The notes: generated by a model from the letters alone, not told the origin. A DNA stretch of 64,000 nucleotides from Lachnospiraceae bacterium (GCA_050309585.1 JBNRML010000073.1:7950-71949), one strand, 5' to 3'. Counted from the stretch's first letter, positions 47,169-57,709 are shown. Program-made: numbers and translations.

Positions 47169-47915
47169 TTACTTACTTGCTTTCTTCTTTTTCTTCTTTT
47201 TCTTTTTATTCTGCGATAAATCCTCTAACTCTGGAATAAGGCCAAGTACACTCACACCAAGATATTTCTCAACATCCTCCTGGGTCTTAATTGTATCATC
47301 AAGAACATATCTGACTATAACAAACATTACTGAAAGAAATAAACCTAATATACCTCCTACTAACACATTCATTTTTGTATTTGGGGATACTGGATTTTCA
47401 GGAAGATTCGCTTTTTCAACCGTATTAACCTTTTCCACACCCATAACATCCTGAATCTGTTTCTTAGATGCTTCTCTAACGGCATCTGCTATCTTCTGTG
47501 CAAGCATTGGATCCGAATCCTTGACAGCTATTGTAAGAATACGGGTATCTGTAGGAGTTGTTACAGATATTTTCTGCGCCAGTTCAACTGGTTTCATATG
47601 GAGTTCCATATCAGCAATTACCTGCTCCAAAACCGGACGGCTCTTTATAAGTATCATATAGTCCTTTGTCAAATAGGTACTTGTACGCACATCAGTTTCG
47701 TTAATCTGTGCTTTATCACCCTCTGTAGCGCTGTTTGTAACATATATCTGTGTCAACGACTGATATTGAGGTGTAATAAGAAGCTTTGTAAAAGCAAAAG
47801 CTACCACTGTTCCTAAAATAGCAGACAAAATTATTACCGGAAGTTTGTCCAACAATAAAGCAAAAATCTCTGCGAGATTGATCTCAATCTCATCAATTTT
47901 CTTTTCCTTTTCCAT
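47169..47915 (-). CDS. cpsC: polysaccharide co-polymerase / kinase activator (CpsC/Wzz)
   Basis: Two TM segments, PQYQS, PVSPNTK, DDTIKTQEDVEKYLGVSVLGLIP. Confidence 0.93.
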   Translation of the reverse strand: MEKEKKIDEIEINLAEIFALLLDKLPVIILSAILGTVVAFAFTKLLITPQYQSLTQIYVTNSATEGDKAQINETDVRTSTYLTKDYMILIKSRPVLEQVIADMELHMKPVELAQKISVTTPTDTRILTIAVKDSDPMLAQKIADAVREASKKQIQDVMGVEKVNTVEKANLPENPVSPNTKMNVLVGGILGLFLSVMFVIVRYVLDDTIKTQEDVEKYLGVSVLGLIPELEDLSQNKKKKKKKKKASK

Positions 47916-47932
47916 TATCCTGGTTTCTCCTT

Positions 47933-48670
47933 CTAAATGTATTCATTTGCAATTAGTTTCTGAGGATTTGTAATAAGCAATCTTTTCACAGTCTCCTCAT
48001 CGGTCTTCTTCAACAGGTACTTCATACACGCCCTAATATCCGGCGACCTTCTTCCATTACTGTGTGTGTCGGTAGCTATAAAATGTACTAAATCATTCTT
48101 TATAAGCTTTAATACTTTTCTCCTTATGCCACGTCCATAATCACCCGCAATAGTTCTGGAATTAATCTGTATATATACACCGGCATCTACTAATGTCTCT
48201 ACGTTATCCAGGTCCGCCATAACTTCCTCATATCTCTCGGTATGAGCAAGCACTGGTATATATCCGTTATTAATAACTTCATACAAACTTCTCTTAATAT
48301 GTTTGTATGTATCATTTGGTGAAAACTCAATTAATACATATCTTGAATCTGCCAATGTATTAATTTTCTTTTCCTCCAAAGCTTCAACCACACCATAGCT
48401 ATAAAACACTTCATGACCCAGATAAAGTTTGAAATCCGGAAATTTTTCTTCCGTCAGTTTTTTTATCTTTTCGTAATTATCTGAAATTTCCTGCTGATTT
48501 TCATCATACTTTCCAACCTCATAATGGGGTGTGGCAATCATTCCTCTAAATCCACATTCGTATGCAATCTTTATCATATCAAGTGTCATAAGAGAATCCT
48601 GTGCACCATCGTCCACATGAGGAATAATATGGCAGTGAATATCAATAAAGCCCTTTAATTCTGTTTCCAT
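47933..48670 (-). CDS. cpsB: PHP-family tyrosine phosphatase (CpsB/CapC)
   Basis: IDIHCHIIPHVDDG, IATPH, PVLAHTERY, IATDTH. Confidence 0.95.
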   Translation of the reverse strand: METELKGFIDIHCHIIPHVDDGAQDSLMTLDMIKIAYECGFRGMIATPHYEVGKYDENQQEISDNYEKIKKLTEEKFPDFKLYLGHEVFYSYGVVEALEEKKINTLADSRYVLIEFSPNDTYKHIKRSLYEVINNGYIPVLAHTERYEEVMADLDNVETLVDAGVYIQINSRTIAGDYGRGIRRKVLKLIKNDLVHFIATDTHSNGRRSPDIRACMKYLLKKTDEETVKRLLITNPQKLIANEYI

Positions 48671-48759
48671 TTATTCCCTCCAAAAGTTCAAGTATCATAG
48701 GATAAACTACAATCCTATTTTTGTACACAATCATTCAAATTATATCATATATCACTTTT

Positions 48760-49236
48760 TTAGCAAGACGCTTTTTTACTTTGTCTCAACTTTTTAAAGA
48801 AGTTTGTTAAAAGTTTACTACATTCTTCTTCTAAGATACCTGAATTTATTTCAACTTGATGATTGAATTTCTGGATTTGCAACAGATTTAAAACAGAGCC
48901 TGCACATCCTGCTTTGGGATTCATACATCCAATATGAACTTTTTTTATTCTTGACTGAACAATTGCGCCTGCACACATCTGGCATGGTTCAAGCGTAACG
49001 TACATTTCACAATCCTCCAATCTCCAGTCACCAAGCTTTTTGCTGGCTTTTTTTATTGCATTTAATTCAGCATGAGATAACGTGTTTTTATCAATATTTC
49101 TTCTGTTGTAACCTCTGGCAATAATCTTATCCTCATATACAATTACACATCCAATAGGTACTTCGTCTATTTTTCCGGCTTTTTTCGCCTGCTTAATTGC
49201 CTCTCTCATGTATTTTTCATTTATGTCTTTTTCCAT
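48760..49236 (-). CDS. tadA: tRNA adenosine(34) deaminase
   Basis: EVPIG, HAE, LEPCQMCAGAI. Confidence 0.95.
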   Translation of the reverse strand: MEKDINEKYMREAIKQAKKAGKIDEVPIGCVIVYEDKIIARGYNRRNIDKNTLSHAELNAIKKASKKLGDWRLEDCEMYVTLEPCQMCAGAIVQSRIKKVHIGCMNPKAGCAGSVLNLLQIQKFNHQVEINSGILEEECSKLLTNFFKKLRQSKKASC

Positions 49237-49349
49237 ATTTTAACTTCTCCTGATTATTAACACAAAGTCTTTACAAACAATGTTATTTTGATATATGATT
49301 ACGTAGTAGGTCTTTATTACTAAAATAACATCTTCCCGGAGGTTCACAA

Positions 49350-49916
49350 ATGCAATTTTCTTACAACACACATCGATTACTCTTAAAAGTGGTAAATGAA
49401 AGTGCTGCTTCTCAGGTCTTAAACTTTCTGGAAAGAAATAAAGATTTTTTTGAACCCTTCGAGTCTGCGAAAGTGCCTGCATACTATACAGAAAAATATC
49501 AGCGCAACATTTTAAAGTCAGAATTCAAAGCATTTTTAAAATGCAAATACATACGCTTCTATGTCTATAAAAAAGATGATCCCGAAAGAATTATTGGAAC
49601 CATCTCATTTAGTAACTTTTTGAACTATCCTTTTTTATGTGTAAGCATAGGTTACAAATTTGATAAAACCGAATGTGGAAAAGGCTATGCCGCCGAAGCA
49701 ATCACAAATGCCATTCATGCTGTTTTTTCAGAGACAAACATTCACAGAATCACCGCCTATGTTTTGCCTGAAAACGAACCTTCAAAAAAACTTCTTGAAA
49801 AAATAGGATTTGAGTATGAAGGCATATGCAAAAAATCCATTTGTATTTGCGGCGAATTTAAAGACCATATGCAATATGCTCTTATAAATTATAACTATTC
49901 CTATACTTTTCAATAA
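49350..49916 (+). CDS. RimJ/RimL-type GNAT acetyltransferase
   Basis: IGYKFDKTECGKGYAAEA, NEPSKKLLEKIGFEYEG; GGAGG RBS; 3' end overlaps the convergent gene. Confidence 0.9.
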   Translation: MQFSYNTHRLLLKVVNESAASQVLNFLERNKDFFEPFESAKVPAYYTEKYQRNILKSEFKAFLKCKYIRFYVYKKDDPERIIGTISFSNFLNYPFLCVSIGYKFDKTECGKGYAAEAITNAIHAVFSETNIHRITAYVLPENEPSKKLLEKIGFEYEGICKKSICICGEFKDHMQYALINYNYSYTFQ

Positions 49917-50982
49917 GAATATCTTTATCTATCGGAAGTCTGTTATCCATTGTTTTTAATATATCGAACAGCCTGACTCTCATAAAGGTTAAGTCATTAC
50001 TCAAGTCATATATTTCATTATTAGAAAATCCTAATACCACCGGTCTCAGAATGTTGTCTTCATTTTCTCTTATTACCAGCCCTTTTTCCTTGTTTGATAA
50101 CTCAACACAAACACCGGGAACCAGTATATTTATACTCTTTAACAAAGCACCTACTGCTTTTTCATCAAAACTATTCTTATTGCTAAGTAAATACCTGACT
50201 GCGGTCACATCTGAAGAAGGTTCTCCACTAACATTCATACTGGTCATACTATCAAAAATGTCAGCCACACGAATCAGTTTTGTACCTTCAAGAAGCTTGG
50301 TTTCTGCATTACTTGTACCCTTGAGTTCCTTAAAATTTTGCGAAATCATTATTCTGGTCAAAGATGGAATATCAAAATTCTTTTGTACAATTTCATATCC
50401 TTCCATCTCACACTTATTAATCACATGTTGTTCTTCCTTTGTGAGATTTCCACTCTTCTTTAATATTTGTGATGGTATCATAATTCTACCAATTTCATGC
50501 AATAAAGCTGCAGTGACAATATTCATCTGCTCCATATAGGACATATTTAGCTGTGCAGTCATTACGGCACACAAAATAGCTACACTCAATGAATGTTTAT
50601 ACACATAATCCTCTGGACTTCTCAAGGTTTTCAGAAAATTTATCTTATGTCCCAAACCACCGAACTGTCTTATTATAGAATCTGAAAGCTGCTGAATTTC
50701 GTAACCGGCTTTATTTTGCACCATATTATCCAACTCTTTTTTTAGAGTAAACTGAGCCACAGTCTGAAACCTTTCGAACTCCCTGTCTTCTTTGGATATT
50801 TCCTGCATTGGCTCAGTTGGTTCAAGAATATAAATGCCTAAAAGTCCAAAGTTTTTTATGCTGTTTACACCTTGCTTATTTAATTTTGTATTCACATCAT
50901 AGAGCATTACACCATCCTTGTTGTAAACCGGTCTCGCCAGTCTCATGCCCTTTTTTAAATTTTCCATCGATACAAATTTCAT
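49882..50982 (-). CDS. HD-GYP-like domain protein (degenerate)
   Basis: LKKGMRLARPVY N-terminus, YVYKHSLSV, ALLHEIG (HD to HE), VADIFDSM; no GYP motif. Confidence 0.8.
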   Translation of the reverse strand: MKFVSMENLKKGMRLARPVYNKDGVMLYDVNTKLNKQGVNSIKNFGLLGIYILEPTEPMQEISKEDREFERFQTVAQFTLKKELDNMVQNKAGYEIQQLSDSIIRQFGGLGHKINFLKTLRSPEDYVYKHSLSVAILCAVMTAQLNMSYMEQMNIVTAALLHEIGRIMIPSQILKKSGNLTKEEQHVINKCEMEGYEIVQKNFDIPSLTRIMISQNFKELKGTSNAETKLLEGTKLIRVADIFDSMTSMNVSGEPSSDVTAVRYLLSNKNSFDEKAVGALLKSINILVPGVCVELSNKEKGLVIRENEDNILRPVVLGFSNNEIYDLSNDLTFMRVRLFDILKTMDNRLPIDKDILIEKYRNSYNL

Positions 50983-51058
50983 ATTTTTATCCTTAGCCTT
51001 CTAATGTAGCAAAAGAAAATCAGGCTTCCTTTCCTTATTTCTGATAAATTCCACTTCC

Positions 51059-52024
51059 TTATAAATACATACACCAATACCCAAAATTTTTTGACATATC
51101 ACCCTCAAACTCTGTAAACCCAAACATTCTGGCAACCTTCTGTTCTTTTTGGTGAAATATTCCCGGCACTCCCACCATATATCTATTTTCATTATTTACT
51201 TTTTTTTCGCAAAACAACAGGTATTTGTAATTGTAAAAGCCATGTAATAAAAAACTATTGTTGCTCAAATGCCAATATCTTTTAGGTAAATAATTTATGT
51301 CATGAGGTGTAATTCTTAAACATTCTCCTTCTATTTCATCCACCTTCACAGTCGGATAACATCCGCACAGCATTCTAAAATAATCTGCCGGTCCCGGACT
51401 ACATTTTGGTGGTTCCATCTCTTCTGCAATTTCAACCCTTTCAGGTTCATCTATTTCAATCACTTCAGTTGCAACATTCTGTGGTTCAACATCCTGCGGT
51501 TCAACATCCTGCACCCTCTCTATTTCTGCAATTTGAAGTTCTTCTTTCTCAACATTATAATCTAATTCAAAAATTTTTTTCAACTCATTTTTTTCGTCAA
51601 CAAATTCTGTTGTCACAATCGGGTTATCATCCCATTCAGATGCATATACAATATGCATATAATTACTACTTTGAACAAATGACTTGGAACACACAAATAT
51701 TCCTGCCACAGACTCTATCGGAACTCCGCTTCCCCCGATATTATCTGACACAAGTCTTGCCTTAAAAACACTGCAGCCATTATTAATTTTTATTCTACCA
51801 ATATGTATCTTCTGAGGCTTACCTTCTCTCCTGACAAAAAAATACACCTCCAGATAATTATCTTCCACTTCATTCATAAGCTCATCGGCTATTCTAAGTG
51901 AAATACTGACCTTACATATGTTGTTTCTGGATTCAATCTTTGCAAATCCCGCATTTTTGGCTTTAACACCCCTGTCATATGTGTAAATATATGAAATAAG
52001 CCTTATATAATCCCCCATTTTCAC
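51059..52024 (-). CDS. conserved hypothetical protein (DUF6128-like)
   Basis: YIYTYDRGVKAKNAGFAK N-terminus; NSFLLHGFYNYKYL...GVPG...MFGF C-terminus. Confidence 0.65.
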   Translation of the reverse strand: MKMGDYIRLISYIYTYDRGVKAKNAGFAKIESRNNICKVSISLRIADELMNEVEDNYLEVYFFVRREGKPQKIHIGRIKINNGCSVFKARLVSDNIGGSGVPIESVAGIFVCSKSFVQSSNYMHIVYASEWDDNPIVTTEFVDEKNELKKIFELDYNVEKEELQIAEIERVQDVEPQDVEPQNVATEVIEIDEPERVEIAEEMEPPKCSPGPADYFRMLCGCYPTVKVDEIEGECLRITPHDINYLPKRYWHLSNNSFLLHGFYNYKYLLFCEKKVNNENRYMVGVPGIFHQKEQKVARMFGFTEFEGDMSKNFGYWCMYL

Positions 52025-52096
52025 GCATATCCTTTCTATTTTTTTACTTATTACATAGAAATATATGCATGCTTTGCTAAAAAAATTACTATATTT

Positions 52097-52960
52097 TTAC
52101 ATTTCACTTAATATATCGGATATTTTAGCAAACTGGCTTAGTGTTAATGCTTCACCTCTTATATTTTCATTAAGTCCCATTGCACCCAATGCCTCCGCAA
52201 CCTGCTCCTTTGAAAAACTCAGTTCCGGCGAATTTTTTATTCCATTAGTCAGTGTCTTTCTCCTTTGATTAAAGGATGCTCTTATTATCTTAAACATAAG
52301 TTTTTCATCTTTTACTTCCACAAATGGCTGCTCATGTTTTTTTAACCTGATAACCGCAGAACTGACATTAGGTCTTGGCATAAAACAGTTTGGAGGTACA
52401 TTTGCAACAATCTCTGGTTTTGAATAATACTGTACTGCCAATGATAATGCCCCATAATCCTTCGACCCGGGTCCTGATTGCATACGGTCAGCAACTTCTT
52501 TCTGAACCATAATGGTAATACTGTCCACATTTACCTTATTTTCAAACAACCCCATAATAATCGGCGTTGTAATATAATACGGTAAATTCGCAACTACCTT
52601 TATTGGTCTGTTGCCGTTTTTTTCTTCTACTATTTTGTTAATATCTAATTTTAAAATATCTTCATTAATTACAGTAACGTTATCATATTCCTTTAATGTA
52701 TCTTCCAAAATAGGAATAAGGTTCTGGTCAATTTCAACAGCAATGACTTCTCTGGCGCTTTCACACAGGTATTGAGTCATAGTACCAATTCCCGGGCCTA
52801 TTTCCAACACCATATCATCCTGACCTATTTTAGCTTCTGATATAATACGCTCTAATACTCTCGTATCAATCAAAAAATTCTGGCCAAACTTTTTTTGAAA
52901 TGTAAAATTATATTTTTGCAAAACCTCAATGGTATTTTTTGGAATTCCCAGCGATGCCAT
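52097..52960 (-). CDS. rsmA: 16S rRNA adenine dimethyltransferase
   Basis: KKFGQNFLID, EIGPGIG, ANLPYYIT, MVQKEVA, FNQRRKT. Confidence 0.97.
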   Translation of the reverse strand: MASLGIPKNTIEVLQKYNFTFQKKFGQNFLIDTRVLERIISEAKIGQDDMVLEIGPGIGTMTQYLCESAREVIAVEIDQNLIPILEDTLKEYDNVTVINEDILKLDINKIVEEKNGNRPIKVVANLPYYITTPIIMGLFENKVNVDSITIMVQKEVADRMQSGPGSKDYGALSLAVQYYSKPEIVANVPPNCFMPRPNVSSAVIRLKKHEQPFVEVKDEKLMFKIIRASFNQRRKTLTNGIKNSPELSFSKEQVAEALGAMGLNENIRGEALTLSQFAKISDILSEM

Positions 52961-52996
52961 CCTTTTTTCCTTCCTTTTCCCTGTCTTTTATTCCTG

Positions 52997-53770
52997 TTAC
53001 AGATTATCTAATTTATACAGTTTCTTTCCATTTTCAAAAGTTATATCTTGTATTTCTTTCTCTGTCATTTCTTTAATAAGCGCAAGCTCTTTTACAACAT
53101 ATTTAAGATTTGAAGAATCGTTTCTCTTCCCGCGATTAGGCTCTGGCGATAAATATGGACAATCCGTTTCCAATACCAGCTTATCTATAGGTATGGATTT
53201 TGCCACTTCCTTAATCTTCTTCGCATTCTTAAAAGTCAAAGTGCCGCCAATTCCAATGTAGTAACCCATTTTTACATATTCTTCTGCCATCTCTTTATGA
53301 TATGAATAGCAATGAATTACACCACCTGATATTCTGCCCTCGTATTTTTTCAATATTTCCATTGTGTCTGCCGCTGCATCTCTACTGTGAATAACCACTG
53401 GCAAACCTGTCTCCACTGCCAAATCAAGCTGTCTCACAAACCACTTTTTCTGAAGCTCTTTATTTGTATCCGGATAATGATAATCCAGACCTATCTCTCC
53501 AATTGCAACGACTTTTTCATCTTTTGCATATTCAACTAACGATAAAATATCATCCTCAATCAAATCATAGGTATCACAAGGATGTATTCCCACTGCTGAA
53601 TATACAAAATCATACTTTTGTGCCAACGCATAAGCAGCTTTTGTAGAGGATACGGATGCACCTATATCCACGATGCACCCTATCCCATTTTCCTTCAATG
53701 ACAGAATTAACTCTTCTCTGTCTTCATTAAACGCCTCATCATCATAATGCGCATGAGTATCAAATATCAT
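52997..53770 (-). CDS. tatD: TatD family DNase
   Basis: DTHAH, IGEIGLDY, IHSRDA, VLETDCPYLSP. Confidence 0.95.
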   Translation of the reverse strand: MIFDTHAHYDDEAFNEDREELILSLKENGIGCIVDIGASVSSTKAAYALAQKYDFVYSAVGIHPCDTYDLIEDDILSLVEYAKDEKVVAIGEIGLDYHYPDTNKELQKKWFVRQLDLAVETGLPVVIHSRDAAADTMEILKKYEGRISGGVIHCYSYHKEMAEEYVKMGYYIGIGGTLTFKNAKKIKEVAKSIPIDKLVLETDCPYLSPEPNRGKRNDSSNLKYVVKELALIKEMTEKEIQDITFENGKKLYKLDNL

Positions 53771-53771
53771 A

Positions 53772-55715
53772 TTAGCAAATCTCCGATCCGCTTATAATGT
53801 CTCTTTCAACTGTCATTATGGAAAGATTTCCTTTATCATCTGCTGCTGATAAAATCATACCCTCAGAAACAAGTCCACACAACTTAGCCGGTTTAAGATT
53901 TGTTACAACTGCAACCTTTTTACCAACAAGATATTCTGGTTCATAGTACATTGAAATTCCTGATACAATCTGTCTTATTTCATTTCCTATTCTCACCTTA
54001 AACACAAGAAGCTTCTTTGACTTCTTAACCTTTTCACATGAAAGAACTTCCCCAACTCTCAACTGAACCTTGTCAAAATCATCAATTTCAATTTCCGGTT
54101 TTTCTTCAACCTCTGGATACTGTGGACCAGACTGTGCAGCTTCAATTTCCTCTACCTGTTTAAGTATTTCTTCCAAATCACGTCTTGCAAATAATATCTC
54201 AGGTTTATCCGTAACCTTTGTACCTGATACATATTTACCGTATTCGTTCATATCATCTAATTCTCTCTTTGTGGCATTAATCTGTGACAATATCTTTGAT
54301 GATGTCTCTGGCATAAATGATTCTAAAAGGCTTGCTCCTACTGTTATACTCTCTATAAGATTGTACAATACCGTGGATAATCTGTCCGACTTGCTTTCAT
54401 CCTTTGCTAAAGCCCAAGGCATTGTTTCATCAATATATTTATTACATCTCTTGAAAAGATTGAATATTTCTGTGATGGCGTCTGCAACCCTTAATTTATC
54501 CATTTTCTCAATAACCTTTTTAGGTGTTTCGAGAGTTACTTTCATAAGGTCTTCGTCACATTCTTCTCCGTTGACATTTTTGTTTGTTACAACTCCGCCA
54601 AAATATTTATTTGACATTGAAATAGTTCTGTTAACCAGATTTCCAAGAGTATTTGCTAAATCTGCGTTAACTCTCTCTGTAACAAGCTCCCACGTTACAT
54701 TTCCATCATTATCAAAAGGCATTTCGTGCAGCACAAAATATCTTGCAGCATCCACACCAAATACACTTGCCACATCATCTGCATATATGACATTGCCCTT
54801 TGACTTACTCATCTTATCATTATTCATGAGAAGCCATGGATGACCAAATACCTGTTTCGGAAGCGGTATATCAAGTGCCATAAGGAATATTGGCCAATAA
54901 ATTGTATGGAATCGAATAATATCCTTACCTATGAGGTGTAGGTCTGCCGGCCAGTACTTATTAAACATCTCACTGTGGTTTCCATCTGCATCATATCCAA
55001 TACCTGTTATATAGTTTGTCAATGCATCTAACCACACATAAGTAACGTGCTTTTCATCAAATGGCACTGGTATTCCCCATTTAAAAGAAGTTCTTGACAC
55101 ACATAAATCCTGAAGTCCAGGAAGTAAAAAGTTGTTCATCATCTCATTTTTTCTTGATACCGGCTGAATGAAATCAGGATTATTATTTATATGTTCAATA
55201 AGCCTGTCCGCATATTTACTCATCTTAAAGAAATATGCCTCTTCTTTTGCCGGCTTTACTTCACGACCGCAATCAGGGCATTTCCCATCTACCAACTGTG
55301 ATTCTGTCCAAAATGATTCACAAGGTGTACAATACAAACCTTCGTACTCACTCTTATATATATCGCCCTTGTCAAATAATTTTTTGAATATTTTTTTAAC
55401 CTGTTCTTCATGATCCTCATCTGTTGTTCTGATGAAGCGATCATATGAAGTATTCATCAAATCCCAGATTCTCTTTATCTCTGTAGCAACATTGTCTACA
55501 TATTCTTTAGGTGTAATTCCTGCTTCGGCAGCTTTAATCTCAATTTTCTGACCATGTTCATCTGTTCCTGTCTGAAAATGAACATCGTATCCCTGTTCTC
55601 TTTTAAATCTCGCAATACTATCTGCCAAAACCACCTCATAAGTATTTCCGATATGTGGCTTTCCTGAAGTATATGCAATCGCTGTTGTTAAATAATATGG
55701 TTTTCCTTTACACAT
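53772..55715 (-). CDS. metG: methionyl-tRNA synthetase with C-terminal tRNA-binding domain
   Basis: PHIGN, KMSKSKGN, YVWLDAL, DLHLIGKDI, NLKPAKL. Confidence 0.97.
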   Translation of the reverse strand: MCKGKPYYLTTAIAYTSGKPHIGNTYEVVLADSIARFKREQGYDVHFQTGTDEHGQKIEIKAAEAGITPKEYVDNVATEIKRIWDLMNTSYDRFIRTTDEDHEEQVKKIFKKLFDKGDIYKSEYEGLYCTPCESFWTESQLVDGKCPDCGREVKPAKEEAYFFKMSKYADRLIEHINNNPDFIQPVSRKNEMMNNFLLPGLQDLCVSRTSFKWGIPVPFDEKHVTYVWLDALTNYITGIGYDADGNHSEMFNKYWPADLHLIGKDIIRFHTIYWPIFLMALDIPLPKQVFGHPWLLMNNDKMSKSKGNVIYADDVASVFGVDAARYFVLHEMPFDNDGNVTWELVTERVNADLANTLGNLVNRTISMSNKYFGGVVTNKNVNGEECDEDLMKVTLETPKKVIEKMDKLRVADAITEIFNLFKRCNKYIDETMPWALAKDESKSDRLSTVLYNLIESITVGASLLESFMPETSSKILSQINATKRELDDMNEYGKYVSGTKVTDKPEILFARRDLEEILKQVEEIEAAQSGPQYPEVEEKPEIEIDDFDKVQLRVGEVLSCEKVKKSKKLLVFKVRIGNEIRQIVSGISMYYEPEYLVGKKVAVVTNLKPAKLCGLVSEGMILSAADDKGNLSIMTVERDIISGSEIC

Positions 55716-55780
55716 TTTCTTATCTCCTTCAAAATGGCATTATTTTTTATCATACCTTTATTTAGTAAATTTTGCAACAT

Positions 55781-57709
55781 TTAATGCGTTCCCACAACAT
55801 TATATTTACTTTCTGTCTCTGTTTCATTTTCTTCTATGGTTCCCTCAATTTCCACATTAATTCTGTCAATTGCAACATAATTTTCCGGGCTCATATTAAC
55901 TTTTTCCTCCGTATACTGTTCCCAATCTGTTACTGCCCTGTAATTGGACGCTATGGCCCTAATATCAAAAGTAACATTTTTTTCCTCATTATTTCCATTT
56001 AACATATATTCTGAATCTGTATAATAATCTATCCATTCCCCAACAGTAATCTCTTCTTTTTGCGTGCCCCTTATTCTTACAACCGGAACCTCAAATCTTA
56101 TCTGTATTTTATCAATATGTTTTTTATAATCTCTATTTCCATAACCTGTGTAATCCAAATGATTCCCTGTAGTCACTGCATAAATTTTAAACCTGTTTTC
56201 CTTTGTTTCCTCAACCCGACCTTCAACATACACCGGTGTATGAACATTAATACTCTGTATACCATATATATCGTAAGACCCCGTCGCCCCATCATAATAT
56301 CCCTTGTATATTAACTTACCCAATGTGACATAATTCTTCCCATTGCAAACCTGATGTGGTATAGAATGACCAGCCGAGTAAATATTCTTTTCCGTCCATA
56401 GCTTGCCTGTGTACGGAGTATACCCATTAACATTTTTCCACCCTCCATTAAGACAAATAACATTATTTATTTTAAGATAATCATTTCGTACCTTTATATA
56501 TTGAATTTTTGAATTTGCAATACTTTGCCTGTCTATATCAGGTATATCCGGTTTTACCCCGTTAACATCTAATTTACTTATCACCCCTCCGTCAATGTGA
56601 TATTCATCATCATATGTAGGAAACGAAACATGCTCCTGATATGTGTCATATCTTGTTTCATAAATAACAGGTCTTGCATTATCAACTGCAAACCCATAGC
56701 CGCCTTTCTTAAATACATTATTTTTCACCTGAACTTCATCGAGATAATTTACCTTTATTTTTTCTATGTTATAATATGAACATTTTTTTGTCACATAATA
56801 CCACTGAACAACATCCTTCTGTTCAGACATCTGCTGTCCTGAATAATTATTCCAGACAAGCTTATATGTAACAACAAATTTAATCGGTATATAAAATGTA
56901 ATATTTTTCTTCCTAAATGAAATTTTATATCCAATATCATCTGCCACACCATTAACATATGTTGATGTTCCTGTGGGAACAGCCTCCTGAAGATTATAAG
57001 TAGAGACATATTTCGTTCCCTCACCTATATCTAATTTTCCCGAAGGAGTATGGCTTAATTTCACTTCTTCTCCATCTGTAATTTCATACCTGAAATACTT
57101 TGGCTTTACCTGACTTGGAAAATATATCTTTTTATCAAAATGCGTTTTCAAATTCTCTTTAGCAACCCAGTTTCTTGCATTTGAAATCCCATCATAGGAA
57201 TAATAAACTTCTCCCCAGCCATTTCCTGATGGGTCAATGCCGCCCTTTACAACTCCATGGTCGACAACAGTCATTATTTCATCAATATATACAAAATCCC
57301 CATATCCAAACAGCTGAGCTTTCCACCTGGCAGAAACCTGTTCTATTGCCTCTGAAATTGTAGCCTTCTCACCATAATAAATACAATACACATACCTGTC
57401 ATCCGCGGGATCATCCCTGTATTCCACCCTGTCACTCATTGGAATAATTGCATACTGCTGCCCGGCTGCATTCATAGGCATATCATATCTTTTAATTACC
57501 CAGCCAACTGTCTTATATAAAACTGCACTGGTAGCTTTTTTGTCATGGGTCATCATCACCAGATTTCCATCCTTATCAAAATCTAATTTTTCTTCCAATA
57601 AACTGGTATCCATATACCCATACGTTCTATGCTCAGCGCCTATAACTGATATAAGAACAATCATAAATACCAATATTTTTATTATCCCTCTGCAACATTG
57701 TCCCCTCAT
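55781..57709 (-). CDS. exported Tyr-rich hypothetical protein
   Basis: 642-aa ORF with GGAGG RBS and signal-peptide-like N-terminus; no motif recognised. Confidence 0.75.
   Translation of the reverse strand: MRGQCCRGIIKILVFMIVLISVIGAEHRTYGYMDTSLLEEKLDFDKDGNLVMMTHDKKATSAVLYKTVGWVIKRYDMPMNAAGQQYAIIPMSDRVEYRDDPADDRYVYCIYYGEKATISEAIEQVSARWKAQLFGYGDFVYIDEIMTVVDHGVVKGGIDPSGNGWGEVYYSYDGISNARNWVAKENLKTHFDKKIYFPSQVKPKYFRYEITDGEEVKLSHTPSGKLDIGEGTKYVSTYNLQEAVPTGTSTYVNGVADDIGYKISFRKKNITFYIPIKFVVTYKLVWNNYSGQQMSEQKDVVQWYYVTKKCSYYNIEKIKVNYLDEVQVKNNVFKKGGYGFAVDNARPVIYETRYDTYQEHVSFPTYDDEYHIDGGVISKLDVNGVKPDIPDIDRQSIANSKIQYIKVRNDYLKINNVICLNGGWKNVNGYTPYTGKLWTEKNIYSAGHSIPHQVCNGKNYVTLGKLIYKGYYDGATGSYDIYGIQSINVHTPVYVEGRVEETKENRFKIYAVTTGNHLDYTGYGNRDYKKHIDKIQIRFEVPVVRIRGTQKEEITVGEWIDYYTDSEYMLNGNNEEKNVTFDIRAIASNYRAVTDWEQYTEEKVNMSPENYVAIDRINVEIEGTIEENETETESKYNVVGTH

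Noticed and set aside
47169-47215. Poly-Lys tail of CpsC as a slippage locus
   Set aside because: Encoded by mixed AAA/AAG codons, not a homopolymer; a basic tail is unremarkable.
51483-51512. 15-bp duplication (VEPQD) in the DUF6128-like gene
   Set aside because: Only two copies in a variable linker; no functional signal.
52961-52996. Missing rnmV between tatD and rsmA
   Set aside because: Gene-order variation only; no pseudogene remnant in the 36-bp gap.
55716-55780. T-box leader before metG
   Set aside because: The intergenic space is only ~65 bp and contains no T-box or antiterminator motif.
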